DNA from: Pirellulales bacterium
GTDB taxonomy: Bacteria; Planctomycetota; Planctomycetia; Pirellulales; JAICIG01
Length of the DNA: 64,000 nucleotides
Assembly: GCA_040901675.1 (NCBI GenBank)
Contig: JBBDYJ010000028.1
Coordinates: 3,336 to 67,335 of the forward strand
Reading direction: 5' to 3'
In this document: positions 50,422 through 59,880 of the stretch, in pieces
Layout: every line of letters begins with the position of its first letter
How positions within the stretch are numbered: position 1 is the stretch's first letter
The notes under the pieces: model-generated
Databases searched by the model: none
Told to the model about the DNA's origin: nothing
Seen by the model: the letters and a program-made list of their open reading frames with translations, nothing else
Program-made: the position numbers and the translations under genes

Positions 50422-50595
50422 CCGCCCGCCATCTGGTATGGCCGCGCGGCGACCAATTCGACCTATGAAACCCGCAAGCTGCCGCTGGGTGCTTAATTCG
50501 ATGCCTTGTCCTTGGTCGATTTGCTCGAAGGCCTCGGATGTCAGAAATCTGAGCAGTTCCAGCTTCTCTTGGTCGTCGGCGGGCTGCTCCGGCAT
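50416..50595 (-). CDS. Small protein resembling C-terminal half of a ParD-like antitoxin
   Basis: GAGGAG RBS; DQEKLELLR....EAFEQIDQGQGIEL. Confidence 0.5.
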   Translation of the reverse strand: MPEQPADDQEKLELLRFLTSEAFEQIDQGQGIELSTQRQLAGFIGRIGRRAAIPDGGRP

Positions 50596-50873
50596 CTGCA
50601 TCTCCTCAAAGTTTGGAAAGTCGCGGTGGCGCTCCCTGGAGCATACCACGATTGGCAATTTTTTGAGAAAATCTCCATGGCAGCCGGCCCCATTATGCCG
50701 AACCTCGCCCCGGCATTTCGGGTCGCGGAATGAGGGGCTGTACGCGGACCGCCCCGGAGGCCAAATGTACACTCGTTCACTTATTGCCGTTGCCTCGGCG
50801 CGCGGCCACCAGTACGATGAGCAATGCCGATCTTGGCGCGGCTTTCCGGGCCTCGCCGGTGGGTTTTCTTCTT

Positions 50874-50948
50874 CGGGGTGTAGCTCAGCTTGGCTAGAGC
50901 GTCTGGTTTGGGACCAGAAGGCCGCAGGTTCAAATCCTGTCACCCCGA
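50874..50948 (+). tRNA. tRNA-Pro(TGG)
   Basis: CGGGGTG/CACCCCG acceptor, TCTGG-TT TGG GA-CCAGA anticodon arm, GGTTCAAATCC T arm. Confidence 0.96.
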
Positions 50949-51084
50949 CTTCAATCAATGACGGCTGTTCGTCGGCCCTTCGCCGGAGAGCCGCTTCTCG
51001 CCTGGCGGCGGAAAGACGGTCAAGCGTCTGCTTGCAGACGGCTTCAAGGGCTACCTTCAGTTCCTTCCGAAGGTTCGGGCCGCA

Positions 51085-51905
51085 TTGGTGCGATTGGCGA
51101 CCGGCGTTTCAGTTTACGGCATCACGAAGACAGGCGTGAAAGCGATTGAAGTCACCCTACCAACTCCTGCCGAGCAAACCGCCATCGCCGCGATCCTCTC
51201 GGACATGGACGCGGAAATTGCCGGGCTGGAGGCGAAGCTGGCGAAGGCCAGGCGGGTCAAGCAAGGGATGATGCAGGAACTGCTGACGGGGCGCATTCGT
51301 CTTACCAAACTCGCAAAAGTCTCGACCGCTCCTAAAGGCCACAACTGGGCCTTCAACGAGGCGGTGGTCATCTCAGTACTCGCCAAGAACTACGGCTCGG
51401 AACAGTATCCGCTTGGCCGGAAGCGTTACACCAAGCTCTCGTACTTGATGCACCGGCACCACGAGCATCGAGCCGAAGGGTATCTCAAGAAGGCGGCCGG
51501 CCCATATAATCCGGCCACCAAATACAAGGGTCCGGAAGCCATCGCGGTTAACAACGGCTACGTCCGTCAGCACGCACCGCACGTGACAAGTTCTCCGGGT
51601 TCGTCGCTGCCGACAAGATCGCGGAGGCGGACGCCTATTTTCGCAAATGGTACGGCGAGGACGTGTTAACCTGGCTGGAGCAGTTTCGGTTCAAACCCAA
51701 CGACGAGTTAGAACTACTGGCAACGGTGGACATGGCGATGGAAGACCTTCGCCAGACGGGGAAATCCGTGGAGTTGTCCACCGTGAAATTGGTCATCCGT
51801 AACCACCCCGAATGGGAAGCCAAGCTGGAGCGAGACATTTTCTCCGATACGAACATTGCCCGCGCCATCAAGCAGTGCGGGGAACTCTTTGCCAATCGTG
51901 GATAG
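51085..51905 (+). pseudogene. hsdS: 5'-truncated, frameshifted type I R-M specificity subunit fused to a Panacea/SocA-like C-terminal domain
   Basis: LP..AEQTAIAAILSDMDAEI...KQGMMQELLTGRIRL, then TKLSYL..YLKKAAGPY...LELLATVD; frameshift at CGCAC duplication 51573-51582. Confidence 0.8.
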
Positions 51906-51914
51906 GGAGGCGGC

Positions 51915-52250
51915 ATGAGCACCATCGGCCAACCCGAGCGGGAAACGCAAAATCGCCTGATCGCCCTGTTCCGCAAAGAACTCGGCTACCGCTACCTCGG
52001 CGACTGGAGCGACCGCGACGGCAACAGCAACATCGAGGAAAGCCTGCTTTCATCTTGGCTGGCGAAGAACGGCACCACTCCGGCCCAGATCAGCATCGCC
52101 ATCCACAAGATTCGCACCGAGGCGGACAACCCTAATCGCTCGCTCTACGCCAATAATCAGGCCGTCTATTCGTTGCTACGGTACGGCGTGCCGGTGAAGA
52201 TCGAAGCCGGGAAGGTCACGGAGACAGTTCACCTCATCAACTGGAAGGAA
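51915..52250 (+). pseudogene. hsdR: N-terminal fragment of type I restriction subunit R
   Basis: ERETQNRLIALF..ELGYRYLGDW.DR.GNSNIE...N..VYSLLRYGV...VHLINW, then abrupt junction. Confidence 0.8.
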
Positions 52251-52606
52251 TCCGGAGAATCGAAACGGCACCAAATCGTCGAGGACTGGTATCGCGAGCA
52301 GGTGAAGATCGCCACAACCGATCTGATTGCAAGTGGGAACCACAAATTGGTGTGACTGTCGCTGGCTTCTATGTTCGGCGAATGAAGACACGCTGGGGAA
52401 GCTGCAACTCACCGGCGCGGACGATCCGGTTGAACACGGACCTTGCTCGGAAGCTGCGCGAATGCCTTGAGTACATCGTGGTCCACGAGATGATTCACAT
52501 TCTGGAGCCAACGCACAACGAGGTCTTTCAGGCATACATGAACCACTTCATGCCCGACTGGAAGCATCGACGGCAGGTGCTCAACCAGCTCCCGGTGCGT
52601 CATTAG
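52251..52606 (+). pseudogene. C-terminal fragment of YgjP/DUF45 (M48-like) metallopeptidase, frameshifted
   Basis: WYREQVK..., frameshift near 52330, MKTRWGSCN, IRLN..L, EYIVVHEMIH, H...F. Confidence 0.8.
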
Positions 52607-52629
52607 GATTGGGAGTATTAGAGGGCACC

Positions 52630-54345
52630 ATGAGACTCACACGGCTTTCAATTCAGAACTTTCGTGGGATTACCAATCTCACACTAAATCTGGACCAGAC
52701 TACGGTCTTGATCGGCGAGAACAATACCGGAAAGACCAGTGTTCTGGAGGCGCTGCATACATGCATGAGCCGGGGATTAACGCGCCGGGCGACTCCATTT
52801 TCCGAGTATGATTTCCACTTGCCGGACAATGCCAGCGAACCATCGGATGCTCCTCCCCTGGTGATTACGCTGACTTTTGAGGAATCCGCAGAAGATGAGT
52901 GGGCCGCCGAAATAGATCAGGCTCTTGATAAGGCCATCCAGGTCCTGGACGACAACCGCAAACAGTTGACCTTCCGGGTTACGTCCCAATTCGATGCAGC
53001 AACGCGCGACTTCACGGTTGAATGGGCATTCCTTGATAAGGCGGGTTCTCACTTGCCGACCGCAAGGAACGCAAAACTCGTGACCGACTTGCAGTCGCTG
53101 GCGCCGGTGTTCTTCCTTGGAGCGGTTCGCGATGCAGCCCACCATTTCCACGCGAAATCCCCTTTCTGGTCGCCCTTCACAAAGAATCCGCAGATCGATG
53201 ATGAGACTCGCGAAGAGATCGAGTCCCAGATAGAGACATTGAATCAGTCGATTCTTGATAGCCATACTCCATTCGATGTCGTTAAGACAGGCATTTCCAA
53301 GACGGGAACGTTGCTTCCGCTCGCAGCACAGGACTTGGTCAGCGTCGAAGCCATTCCAGCCCGAATCTTCGACATGCTTGCGAAGACCCAGGTGAAGCTG
53401 GCATGCCGCACAGGTGCCCGGCTTCCAATCACCCAACATGGTGCTGGGACGCAGAGCCTGTCCATCATCTTCCTATTTGAGGCGTTTCTTCAATCACAAC
53501 TTGCCACAGCCTATGACAAGCATTCCGAACCCATCCTGGCCCTTGAGGAACCGGAATCTCACCTGCACCCGTCGGCTATCCGTTCTCTATGGAACACCCT
53601 CGACGGGCTTGCGGGACAGAAAATCATCGCAACGCATTCCGGCGATCTACTCGCGGCCGTCCCGCTCAAAGCCATCCGTCGCCTCGCTCGGAAGAACGGG
53701 CAAGTCTGCTCGTATCGCGTCAAGGATACGACACTGGATGCGCGAGCGCTTGAGAAGGTCAGATACCATATCCGCGAAAAGCGCGGCGCGCTTCTTTTCG
53801 CCCGCTGCTGGCTCTTGGTTGAGGGAGAGACTGATTACACTGTTCTGCCGGAACTTGGCCTAATCCTTGGTCATGACTTCAGTTTGTGTAGCGTATGCTG
53901 CGTCGAGTTTTCCCAGTGCGGTCTTAAGCCCCTAATCAAAGTCGCTGAAGACCTCGGTATCGAGTGGCATGTCCTTGCCGATGGCGACCAGGCAGGCAGC
54001 ACATACGTGACCACGGCGACCCAGTTTCTTGGGACGTCGCCAAAAGCAGAACGAATCACCCAACTGGCGCATCGCGATATCGAACACACATTGTGGCATT
54101 CCGGATACGATGCGGTCTACGAAAACGCGACAGGGGTAAACCAGCGGAAGTCCATCGTCAAATCGGCTGCCGGATCAGCGGACTATCCAACGGAAGTCAT
54201 CAAGGCGGCCATCGCTACGAATTCAAAGCCCCATCTCGCCTACGAGGCAACCGCTGCGGTCGCTGCAAAGGGGGCAACTGGTGTTCCGCAGGAGTTGAAG
54301 GCAGTCATCGAAGCGGCGATTCAGTTAGCTGGGAGGTGCGCATGA
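52630..54345 (+). CDS. gajA: OLD-family ABC ATPase-TOPRIM nuclease (Gabija GajA-like)
   Basis: IQNFRGI, GENNTGKT, GAGTQS, LEEPESHLHP, ATHS, LVEGETD, DGD. Confidence 0.85.
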   Translation: MRLTRLSIQNFRGITNLTLNLDQTTVLIGENNTGKTSVLEALHTCMSRGLTRRATPFSEYDFHLPDNASEPSDAPPLVITLTFEESAEDEWAAEIDQALDKAIQVLDDNRKQLTFRVTSQFDAATRDFTVEWAFLDKAGSHLPTARNAKLVTDLQSLAPVFFLGAVRDAAHHFHAKSPFWSPFTKNPQIDDETREEIESQIETLNQSILDSHTPFDVVKTGISKTGTLLPLAAQDLVSVEAIPARIFDMLAKTQVKLACRTGARLPITQHGAGTQSLSIIFLFEAFLQSQLATAYDKHSEPILALEEPESHLHPSAIRSLWNTLDGLAGQKIIATHSGDLLAAVPLKAIRRLARKNGQVCSYRVKDTTLDARALEKVRYHIREKRGALLFARCWLLVEGETDYTVLPELGLILGHDFSLCSVCCVEFSQCGLKPLIKVAEDLGIEWHVLADGDQAGSTYVTTATQFLGTSPKAERITQLAHRDIEHTLWHSGYDAVYENATGVNQRKSIVKSAAGSADYPTEVIKAAIATNSKPHLAYEATAAVAAKGATGVPQELKAVIEAAIQLAGRCA

Positions 54346-56276
54346 GCTTCGATGTTACGGCCTTTGGCCTAAATGAAAGTCAAGCCGACGCGGTGCAGTG
54401 GCAGGAAGGGCCGCTGCTCGTACTAGCAGGCCCCGGCTCCGGCAAGACCCGCGTGCTCACCTGCCGAATCGCACGGCTGATCGCTGAGTCGTCAGACTCG
54501 CGGTTTCGCGTGCTTGGCATCACATTCACCAATAAAGCCGCCGCCGAGATGCGTCAGCGTATCGACTCGTTACTCCGAAACGGCCGGGATCGGGTGACCC
54601 TTACTACCTTCCACTCATTCGCAGCAGAGATTCTTCGCCAGCACGGAAGTCATGTGGGACTAAAACCGGATTTCAGCATCCTTTCGGACCAAGCTGACCG
54701 CGAAGCCGCCCTTGCCGATGCGATCAAAGTTGCGATTCCAGAAAATGAGGAATTCAACCCCAAGGCCAGCCAGCTCCTCCCGGCGATTACGCGCATGCTG
54801 GATGAGTGCGTTCCTGTTAGTCAGGCCGAGGCCGCCGTCGGCTCTCATGCCCACGCAAAAGCCATCGCTTCCGTTTACGCCGCGTACCGCGAACGGCTGA
54901 TTGCTTCGAATCAACTTGACTTTGCTTCGCTCTTGGCACTTGCCGTGGAACTGTTGGAGGCCAAGCCCGCAATCGCCAAGCAGATTCGGCGTGTCTACAC
55001 CCATGTGTGCGTCGATGAATGCCAGGACACGAATTCGGCCCAGTTTAGGTTACTGGTGCAGATCGTGGCGGAAACGCGTCCCAATCTGTTTGTGGTGGCT
55101 GACGATGATCAGCTTATCTACCAATGGAATGGTGCCAGCCCCGCACGGCTTAAGGACCTGCGCGACCGTTTCACGATGGACGTACTACAGCTCCCCGAGA
55201 ATTACCGTTGCCCGCCCATCGTGATTCAGCTTGCGAACAGCCTCATTGCTCATAATGCAGATCGCTCCGCAGACAAGAAGCCGCTTACGGCGCACAAAAC
55301 TGGAGACGGAACCAATGGCCTGGTAGCAAAATCCTTTGGGGACTTCGCTGATGAACTTGCCTGGATAGCGGAGAAGCTGAAGGCGCTGCCTGCCAAAGAA
55401 CGGTCGGAGTGCGTGATTCTGGCGCGGCGCAAGAGACTTTTGGAAGAAGCGGTTACTGTGCTTACAGGCAAATCAGTTCCGGCGTATATCGCGATCCGCA
55501 AAAACGAGTTCGAATCGGCCCCTTACCGTTTCATGCATTCGATGCTTCGCCTTGCCAATGCCCCGCAGGACCGCGAGCAGCTTAGGCGAATGACCAAGGC
55601 GTTTTTTGAGCTTGAAGGCGTCAAAATCGACGCTCAGGATGTCGTGCCCGTCGCATCCGTCAATCAGGAAGGCTATCTTCGAGCATGGCTAGAATTGGCA
55701 GACCAACGCAAGGAAATCGATGGAGCTACAAGGAATCTTTTGGCCAAAGCAACCAAATCGTTGTTGGACCGCTTGGCATACTGGGAATTTGTCGATTCAT
55801 GCCATCAGTGGTTCGATGCCGTACGCAAACAGACTACCGGATCGGCGTCAGAAAAGGCATTCGAGGAATTCGACGATGAGAAGGAGATTTGGGAGGCGCT
55901 GAAGTCAGACATCGCGCAGCACTATGCGCTTTCCGACGTGAGCCTCCACATGTTTCTCCAGGAACTCGATCTGCGGGCAAAAGAAAAGCCAGCTCCGCCC
56001 GAAGCCGTGCGCTGCCTCACCATTGCATCATCGAAGGGTATGGAGTTCAAGCACGTGTACCTGATCGGGCTCGTCGAGGACGAATTGCCCGGCTACTACG
56101 CCCGAAAGAAAGGTGACCACACCGACGAAATGCGCGAAGAACGGAGAAATTGCTTCGTGGCAATTACGCGAGCAGAGGAGTCGCTCATCCTCACTTTCTC
56201 CGCCCGATACTTCGGCTATTCCAAGGAACCTTCGCGTTTCCTCAAGGAAATGGGCTTCTCATTCAAGAAATCGTGA
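54342..56276 (+). CDS. gajB: UvrD/Rep SF1A helicase (Gabija GajB-like)
   Basis: AGPGSGKT, TFTNKAA, TFHSF, VDECQD, DDDQLIYQWNGA, ENYRC, SKGMEF, EERR..FVAITRA; ATGA overlap. Confidence 0.85.
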   Translation: MSFDVTAFGLNESQADAVQWQEGPLLVLAGPGSGKTRVLTCRIARLIAESSDSRFRVLGITFTNKAAAEMRQRIDSLLRNGRDRVTLTTFHSFAAEILRQHGSHVGLKPDFSILSDQADREAALADAIKVAIPENEEFNPKASQLLPAITRMLDECVPVSQAEAAVGSHAHAKAIASVYAAYRERLIASNQLDFASLLALAVELLEAKPAIAKQIRRVYTHVCVDECQDTNSAQFRLLVQIVAETRPNLFVVADDDQLIYQWNGASPARLKDLRDRFTMDVLQLPENYRCPPIVIQLANSLIAHNADRSADKKPLTAHKTGDGTNGLVAKSFGDFADELAWIAEKLKALPAKERSECVILARRKRLLEEAVTVLTGKSVPAYIAIRKNEFESAPYRFMHSMLRLANAPQDREQLRRMTKAFFELEGVKIDAQDVVPVASVNQEGYLRAWLELADQRKEIDGATRNLLAKATKSLLDRLAYWEFVDSCHQWFDAVRKQTTGSASEKAFEEFDDEKEIWEALKSDIAQHYALSDVSLHMFLQELDLRAKEKPAPPEAVRCLTIASSKGMEFKHVYLIGLVEDELPGYYARKKGDHTDEMREERRNCFVAITRAEESLILTFSARYFGYSKEPSRFLKEMGFSFKKS

Positions 56277-56866
56277 TGCTAGTTGAACCTGTAAAATATG
56301 CCCTGGAAGCAATGGATCGCCGATTTGTGGAGTTGTCGGGACTGATCTTTGACCCGTACACGGACGATTTGCTGCGACGATTGGGAGAATCTGAGGAAAA
56401 ACTGCTTGAGCGGCCGTATGCCTACGAGTTCTATCACCAGATGCGTTCTTTGTGGGACAGTCGGGCTGGAATTATCGCTCCGTTCGCCGACGTGGTGATT
56501 CAAGGTGAAGTCGATAAGGGGTATCAGGCCATTCGGGATTTGGACCGAATTCCAGATTTTCTGTTGCATCGACCAAACTCCAACGAGCGCAACTTCGGCG
56601 TGATTGAGGTAAAGCTCGCCACATTTGCCCAGAACATCGAGCGCGACTTCGACAAGTTCGTGTCATTTCGCAACCGTCGCGGTTACGAGCATTTCGTCGA
56701 GATCGTCATTGGCCATTCCCGTGAGCTAGCAGCGGCCAACCTCGCCCAATTCAACCAGCAAGGTCGCCATGTCGTGGAAATCTCGCTCGTGCTATTCGAC
56801 ACCGACAGATGGCGGGCCACTGATCTCAGGATAACCCGGCTGAACCCGGAAGCTGGCCAGGAGTAA
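56276..56866 (+). CDS. Putative PD-(D/E)XK nuclease
   Basis: ERPYAYEFYHQMR, GEVDK, IPDFLLH, VIEVK, D.DK; TGATG coupling to helicase. Confidence 0.7.
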   Translation: MLVEPVKYALEAMDRRFVELSGLIFDPYTDDLLRRLGESEEKLLERPYAYEFYHQMRSLWDSRAGIIAPFADVVIQGEVDKGYQAIRDLDRIPDFLLHRPNSNERNFGVIEVKLATFAQNIERDFDKFVSFRNRRGYEHFVEIVIGHSRELAAANLAQFNQQGRHVVEISLVLFDTDRWRATDLRITRLNPEAGQE

Positions 56867-56940
56867 ACTCAGTCCCCGCAAGGGTTTTGATCGCACATCC
56901 GTCCTCGTAACCCGGCTTCCCAGCCACGCACCCCGGCGAT

Positions 56941-56973
56941 AAAAAGTTCAATAGCCGTCTTGTCGCCCCGACT
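56941..56973 (+). mobile_element. att-like copy of tRNA-Pro 3' end
   Basis: AAAAAGTTC-N7-GTCTTGTCGCCCCGACT vs tRNA end TCCTGTCACCCCGACT. Confidence 0.65.
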
Positions 56974-56985
56974 GGTTCGTAACAG

Positions 56986-57029
56986 CAAATCCCGCCAACG
57001 GTTGCGAGAGCCACTGTTGGCGGGATTTG
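56986..57029. terminator. Strong hairpin, probable terminator
   Basis: CAAATCCCGCCAAC ... GTTGGCGGGATTTG. Confidence 0.55.
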
Positions 57030-57393
57030 AACTTTTGCACGGACGTTTCACTTTTAGCCGCCTTTACGCCGCGCATGGCTCCCGACAACGCCGGGGAGCC
57101 GCTCGAGCATTTTCGCCCAACCAAACTCGCGCCCAACTAAACTCGCGCCCAACCGAACTCGGCTCCTCGGAAAGCCTGTTCGCCCCAGGGCTGCGACATG
57201 TCGAAGCCGGAGTGCTCGAAAAACACTCGCGCGCCCGTCACCGTCGCACTTCGAGCCGGTAGCTCACCTGCGCAAGCGATGATCGGGCCGGCCGACCATG
57301 AGTATGCGAGTCCCCGCGCGCCGGGATTCGCATTCCAGCACCGAGCCAGCGCACCACGATCCCGTCGAAGCTGGCCTTGGAGTTCGGCGGCAC

Positions 57394-57490
57394 GCGAAAC
57401 GCACGCGCTAACTTGCCTGGGCCGCCACAACGACTACATGCCGCGCGAAACCGAAATGCGGCCCCGGCCAAGTTGAGCGCCTTGTTAGGC
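57394..57490 (-). mobile_element. Integron attC-like site
   Basis: Minus strand GCCTAAC (contains cassette gene TAA)-N5-GCTCAAC...GTTAGC-N6-GTTTCGC. Confidence 0.7.
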
Positions 57491-58114
57491 CGGCCCCGCG
57501 CTCTCCAGTAACAAGCGTCTCAGCTTTGCCGCCTCTGCAGCCTTGATCCAATCCCCGGCCAAGTGCTCTTCAATCTCCCGCTCCGCCAACTGCATGTCGC
57601 CGGTCTTTGCTAGGAGAAAGGCGTACGCCAGCGGCAGCTGTGTATAGTTCCGGAACCCGAAGCAGTTCGTATTCTTCTCCCGAATCTCGCGGATCAGGTC
57701 CAACATGCCGTCGTACGTCGAGCCTCTGCTCCAATCGCGTTTAGCGCCGGCAACGGCGTCCGGCAGGAGCGTCTCCAGTTCGATCCGGAACTGCTCAGGG
57801 CCGTAGAGAAAGCAGGGCTGAGGCAACGCTACCGGATCGATGATGACGTCGAGTCTTGCAGTCTTGTCAGACCGATGCCACCGGATATTCCCGGAAACGT
57901 GAGGCACAAAGTCCAGCGAGAACCCCCAACACGCCTTGAGGCTCGCCCCTTTGAGCAGTTGAAACTCGAACAGCTTTCTTGCCGGCGGTTTCGATCCATC
58001 AATCCATCGGCGCGGCGCAATTTCGCTCAGACTCAATGGTTCGAGTCGTTCACGCAACATCCGAGTGGCGATCGAATCTCGTTCGGTCGCCGACAGCAGC
58101 TCGACCACGTGCAT
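57485..58114 (-). CDS. Hypothetical gene-cassette protein
   Basis: GTTAGGC 5 nt before ATG; stop inside the attC R'' box. Confidence 0.75.
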   Translation of the reverse strand: MHVVELLSATERDSIATRMLRERLEPLSLSEIAPRRWIDGSKPPARKLFEFQLLKGASLKACWGFSLDFVPHVSGNIRWHRSDKTARLDVIIDPVALPQPCFLYGPEQFRIELETLLPDAVAGAKRDWSRGSTYDGMLDLIREIREKNTNCFGFRNYTQLPLAYAFLLAKTGDMQLAEREIEEHLAGDWIKAAEAAKLRRLLLESAGPA

Positions 58115-58153
58115 GTGAGGCCTAACGTGTGGCGCGGGGGCGAAGACAGATCC

Positions 58154-59197
58154 TCAGGACGGTCGGCCAGGATCCCAGCCGGGCAACGCGGCGGCCTGCT
58201 TCACCCAGGTCGCCATCTGCGCCTCGTCGAGACCGTCCTCGTGGATGTCGATCCAGCGCGCGTCCTTGCCCGTGCCTCCGGGCGGGACCGGTCGCAGCGA
58301 CGTGCCGTGAAAGAAGGTCACCTTGACGTAGTGGGTGAAGACGTGGAACGACAGGAAAAAACCCTGGCCCTCGATGCCGTAAAATGGCGAGTTCCACTTC
58401 ACGGCCTTGCGCACGTTGGGCACGTTCCGCACGATGAGCGCGTCGAGGCGCTTCCCGAGGTCGCGCTTCCAGCCCGGCATCGCGGCGATGTACGCCTGCA
58501 CCGGGGCGTCGCCGTCCGCCTTCGCGATCTGCGGGTTGCCGCCCGAGAGGAGGACGACCTTCTGGCCTTCTCGCGCCTTGATCGGCTTGGCCTCACTCGC
58601 ACCTGGCTTGGCCTTCGCGCCTGGCTTCGGCGCGGACTTGGACTTCGGGGCGCTGGACCGGAGATTCTCCGCGATCGCGGCCTGGATCAAGGCCGCCAAC
58701 GCCGCAGCATCGAGCACCTCTCCCTCCCGGATGTCGATGGCGCGACGCGTGTTTCCCTCGAGGCTGGAGTTGAAGAGCCCCCGAGGGTCCTCCAAGGAGG
58801 CACCCCTGGCGAAGGTCAGCTTGACCACCTGTTTGTAGGCCTCCCCCGTGCAGACGATCCCAGCGTGGGACCACACGGGCACGCCCAATGGGTTGCTGGG
58901 CTTGATCCATTTGCACTCCTCCAGGATGTCCGGGTCCGCGTCGTGGATCATGCGGCGAACCTCCGCCAGGGTCTCGGCGCGCCAGCCACCCAGAGACCGG
59001 ATCCGCTCGTCGATGAGACGAGAGGCCGCCTTCCCGGTCGCGCGCTTCGCTTCCGGACCTGGCTTGGCCTTCGCGCCTGCCTTCGGCGGGGACTTGGACC
59101 TGGTGGCCGACTTGCGTGGCTTGCTCGCGCGCGACGTGCCCTTGGCCTTCGGCTTCGCCTTGCCCGCGAGACCACTCCTCTTTGGTTTTGGCGCCAC
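58154..59197 (-). CDS. Tandem DUF1801 (YdhG-like) protein with Lys/Ala/Pro-rich linkers
   Basis: WRAETLAEVRR.I..ADP...KW..PVWSH.G; LLSGGNPQIAKADGD...VKWNSPFYG. Confidence 0.85.
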   Translation of the reverse strand: MAPKPKRSGLAGKAKPKAKGTSRASKPRKSATRSKSPPKAGAKAKPGPEAKRATGKAASRLIDERIRSLGGWRAETLAEVRRMIHDADPDILEECKWIKPSNPLGVPVWSHAGIVCTGEAYKQVVKLTFARGASLEDPRGLFNSSLEGNTRRAIDIREGEVLDAAALAALIQAAIAENLRSSAPKSKSAPKPGAKAKPGASEAKPIKAREGQKVVLLSGGNPQIAKADGDAPVQAYIAAMPGWKRDLGKRLDALIVRNVPNVRKAVKWNSPFYGIEGQGFFLSFHVFTHYVKVTFFHGTSLRPVPPGGTGKDARWIDIHEDGLDEAQMATWVKQAAALPGWDPGRPS

Positions 59198-59222
59198 GGT
59201 TCATTTTCCAACTTGTTGTGAT

Positions 59223-59315
59223 GCCCAACGACCCAAGCTCAGCGACGGCAGCCACAAGATGCGCCGATTGCAACGGTGACGGACCGCCGCCGTTCGCTGC
59301 AGCGCATGGTTAGGC
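59223..59315 (-). mobile_element. Integron attC site
   Basis: Minus strand GCCTAAC-N5-GCTGCAG CGAACGGCGGC...GCTGCCGTCG CTGAGC-N7-GTTGGGC. Confidence 0.82.
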
Positions 59316-59592
59316 AACGTGCTCATCTGCTCAAACTCAAATACTTCTTGCAATGGGCCAAGCCAATCGCCAGGAAAACAATCGCACCCGGCAAGAACCC
59401 CATCGACGTCAGGCTCGCGACTGGAAGATCACCACCATGCAGCCAATATCCGTAAGCGATTGCTTACGTGTCAAGCTGAATTGAGCTTCGCGAAGGGCAT
59501 CGGCCGAGTAGGCCCGATTCTCCGACCTCAGCCTGTCGCTGCCTGGCACAGAGGGCACGGATTGTCGCCGGTAGCCCCTGAACGCCGCAGTG

Positions 59593-59625
59593 AAAAAGTT
59601 CTAACGGTGTCCTGTCGCCCCGACT
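59593..59625 (+). mobile_element. Second att-like copy of tRNA-Pro 3' end
   Basis: AAAAAGTTC-N7-GTCCTGTCGCCCCGACT. Confidence 0.65.
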
Positions 59626-59811
59626 TTTTCAGAAACGAGCCCTTCGGTCGGCAGGTCGAGGGCTGTCGTAGCCAATCCCCGTCATTGTTTGATTCATGAG
59701 TTGCTCTGCTCTGCGAGCATCCCCGGCGAGGAACGTCGCCCCCAAGAATTGAAATCGCGAACTTCTTCATATCATTTTCTGAAGTTCAAATTCGCAAAGC
59801 TCCCCTTCCAC

Positions 59812-59857
59812 TTGACAGGGCTACTTGTTGTAGCCACAATGGCTACATTAAGTAGCC
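59812..59857 (+). promoter_or_regulatory. Sigma70-type promoter overlapped by two palindromic operators (probably for BlaI-like repressor)
   Basis: TTGACA-17-CACAAT; GGCTAC-N5-GTAGCC at 59819-59835 and 59841-59857. Confidence 0.8.
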
Positions 59858-59880
59858 GTTGGCCGAAACAGGAGCCGATC

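Noticed and set aside
53964..54341. N-terminal extension of the helicase in the ORF track
   Set aside because: Overlaps the OLD nuclease gene; real start is the RBS-preceded ATG at 54342
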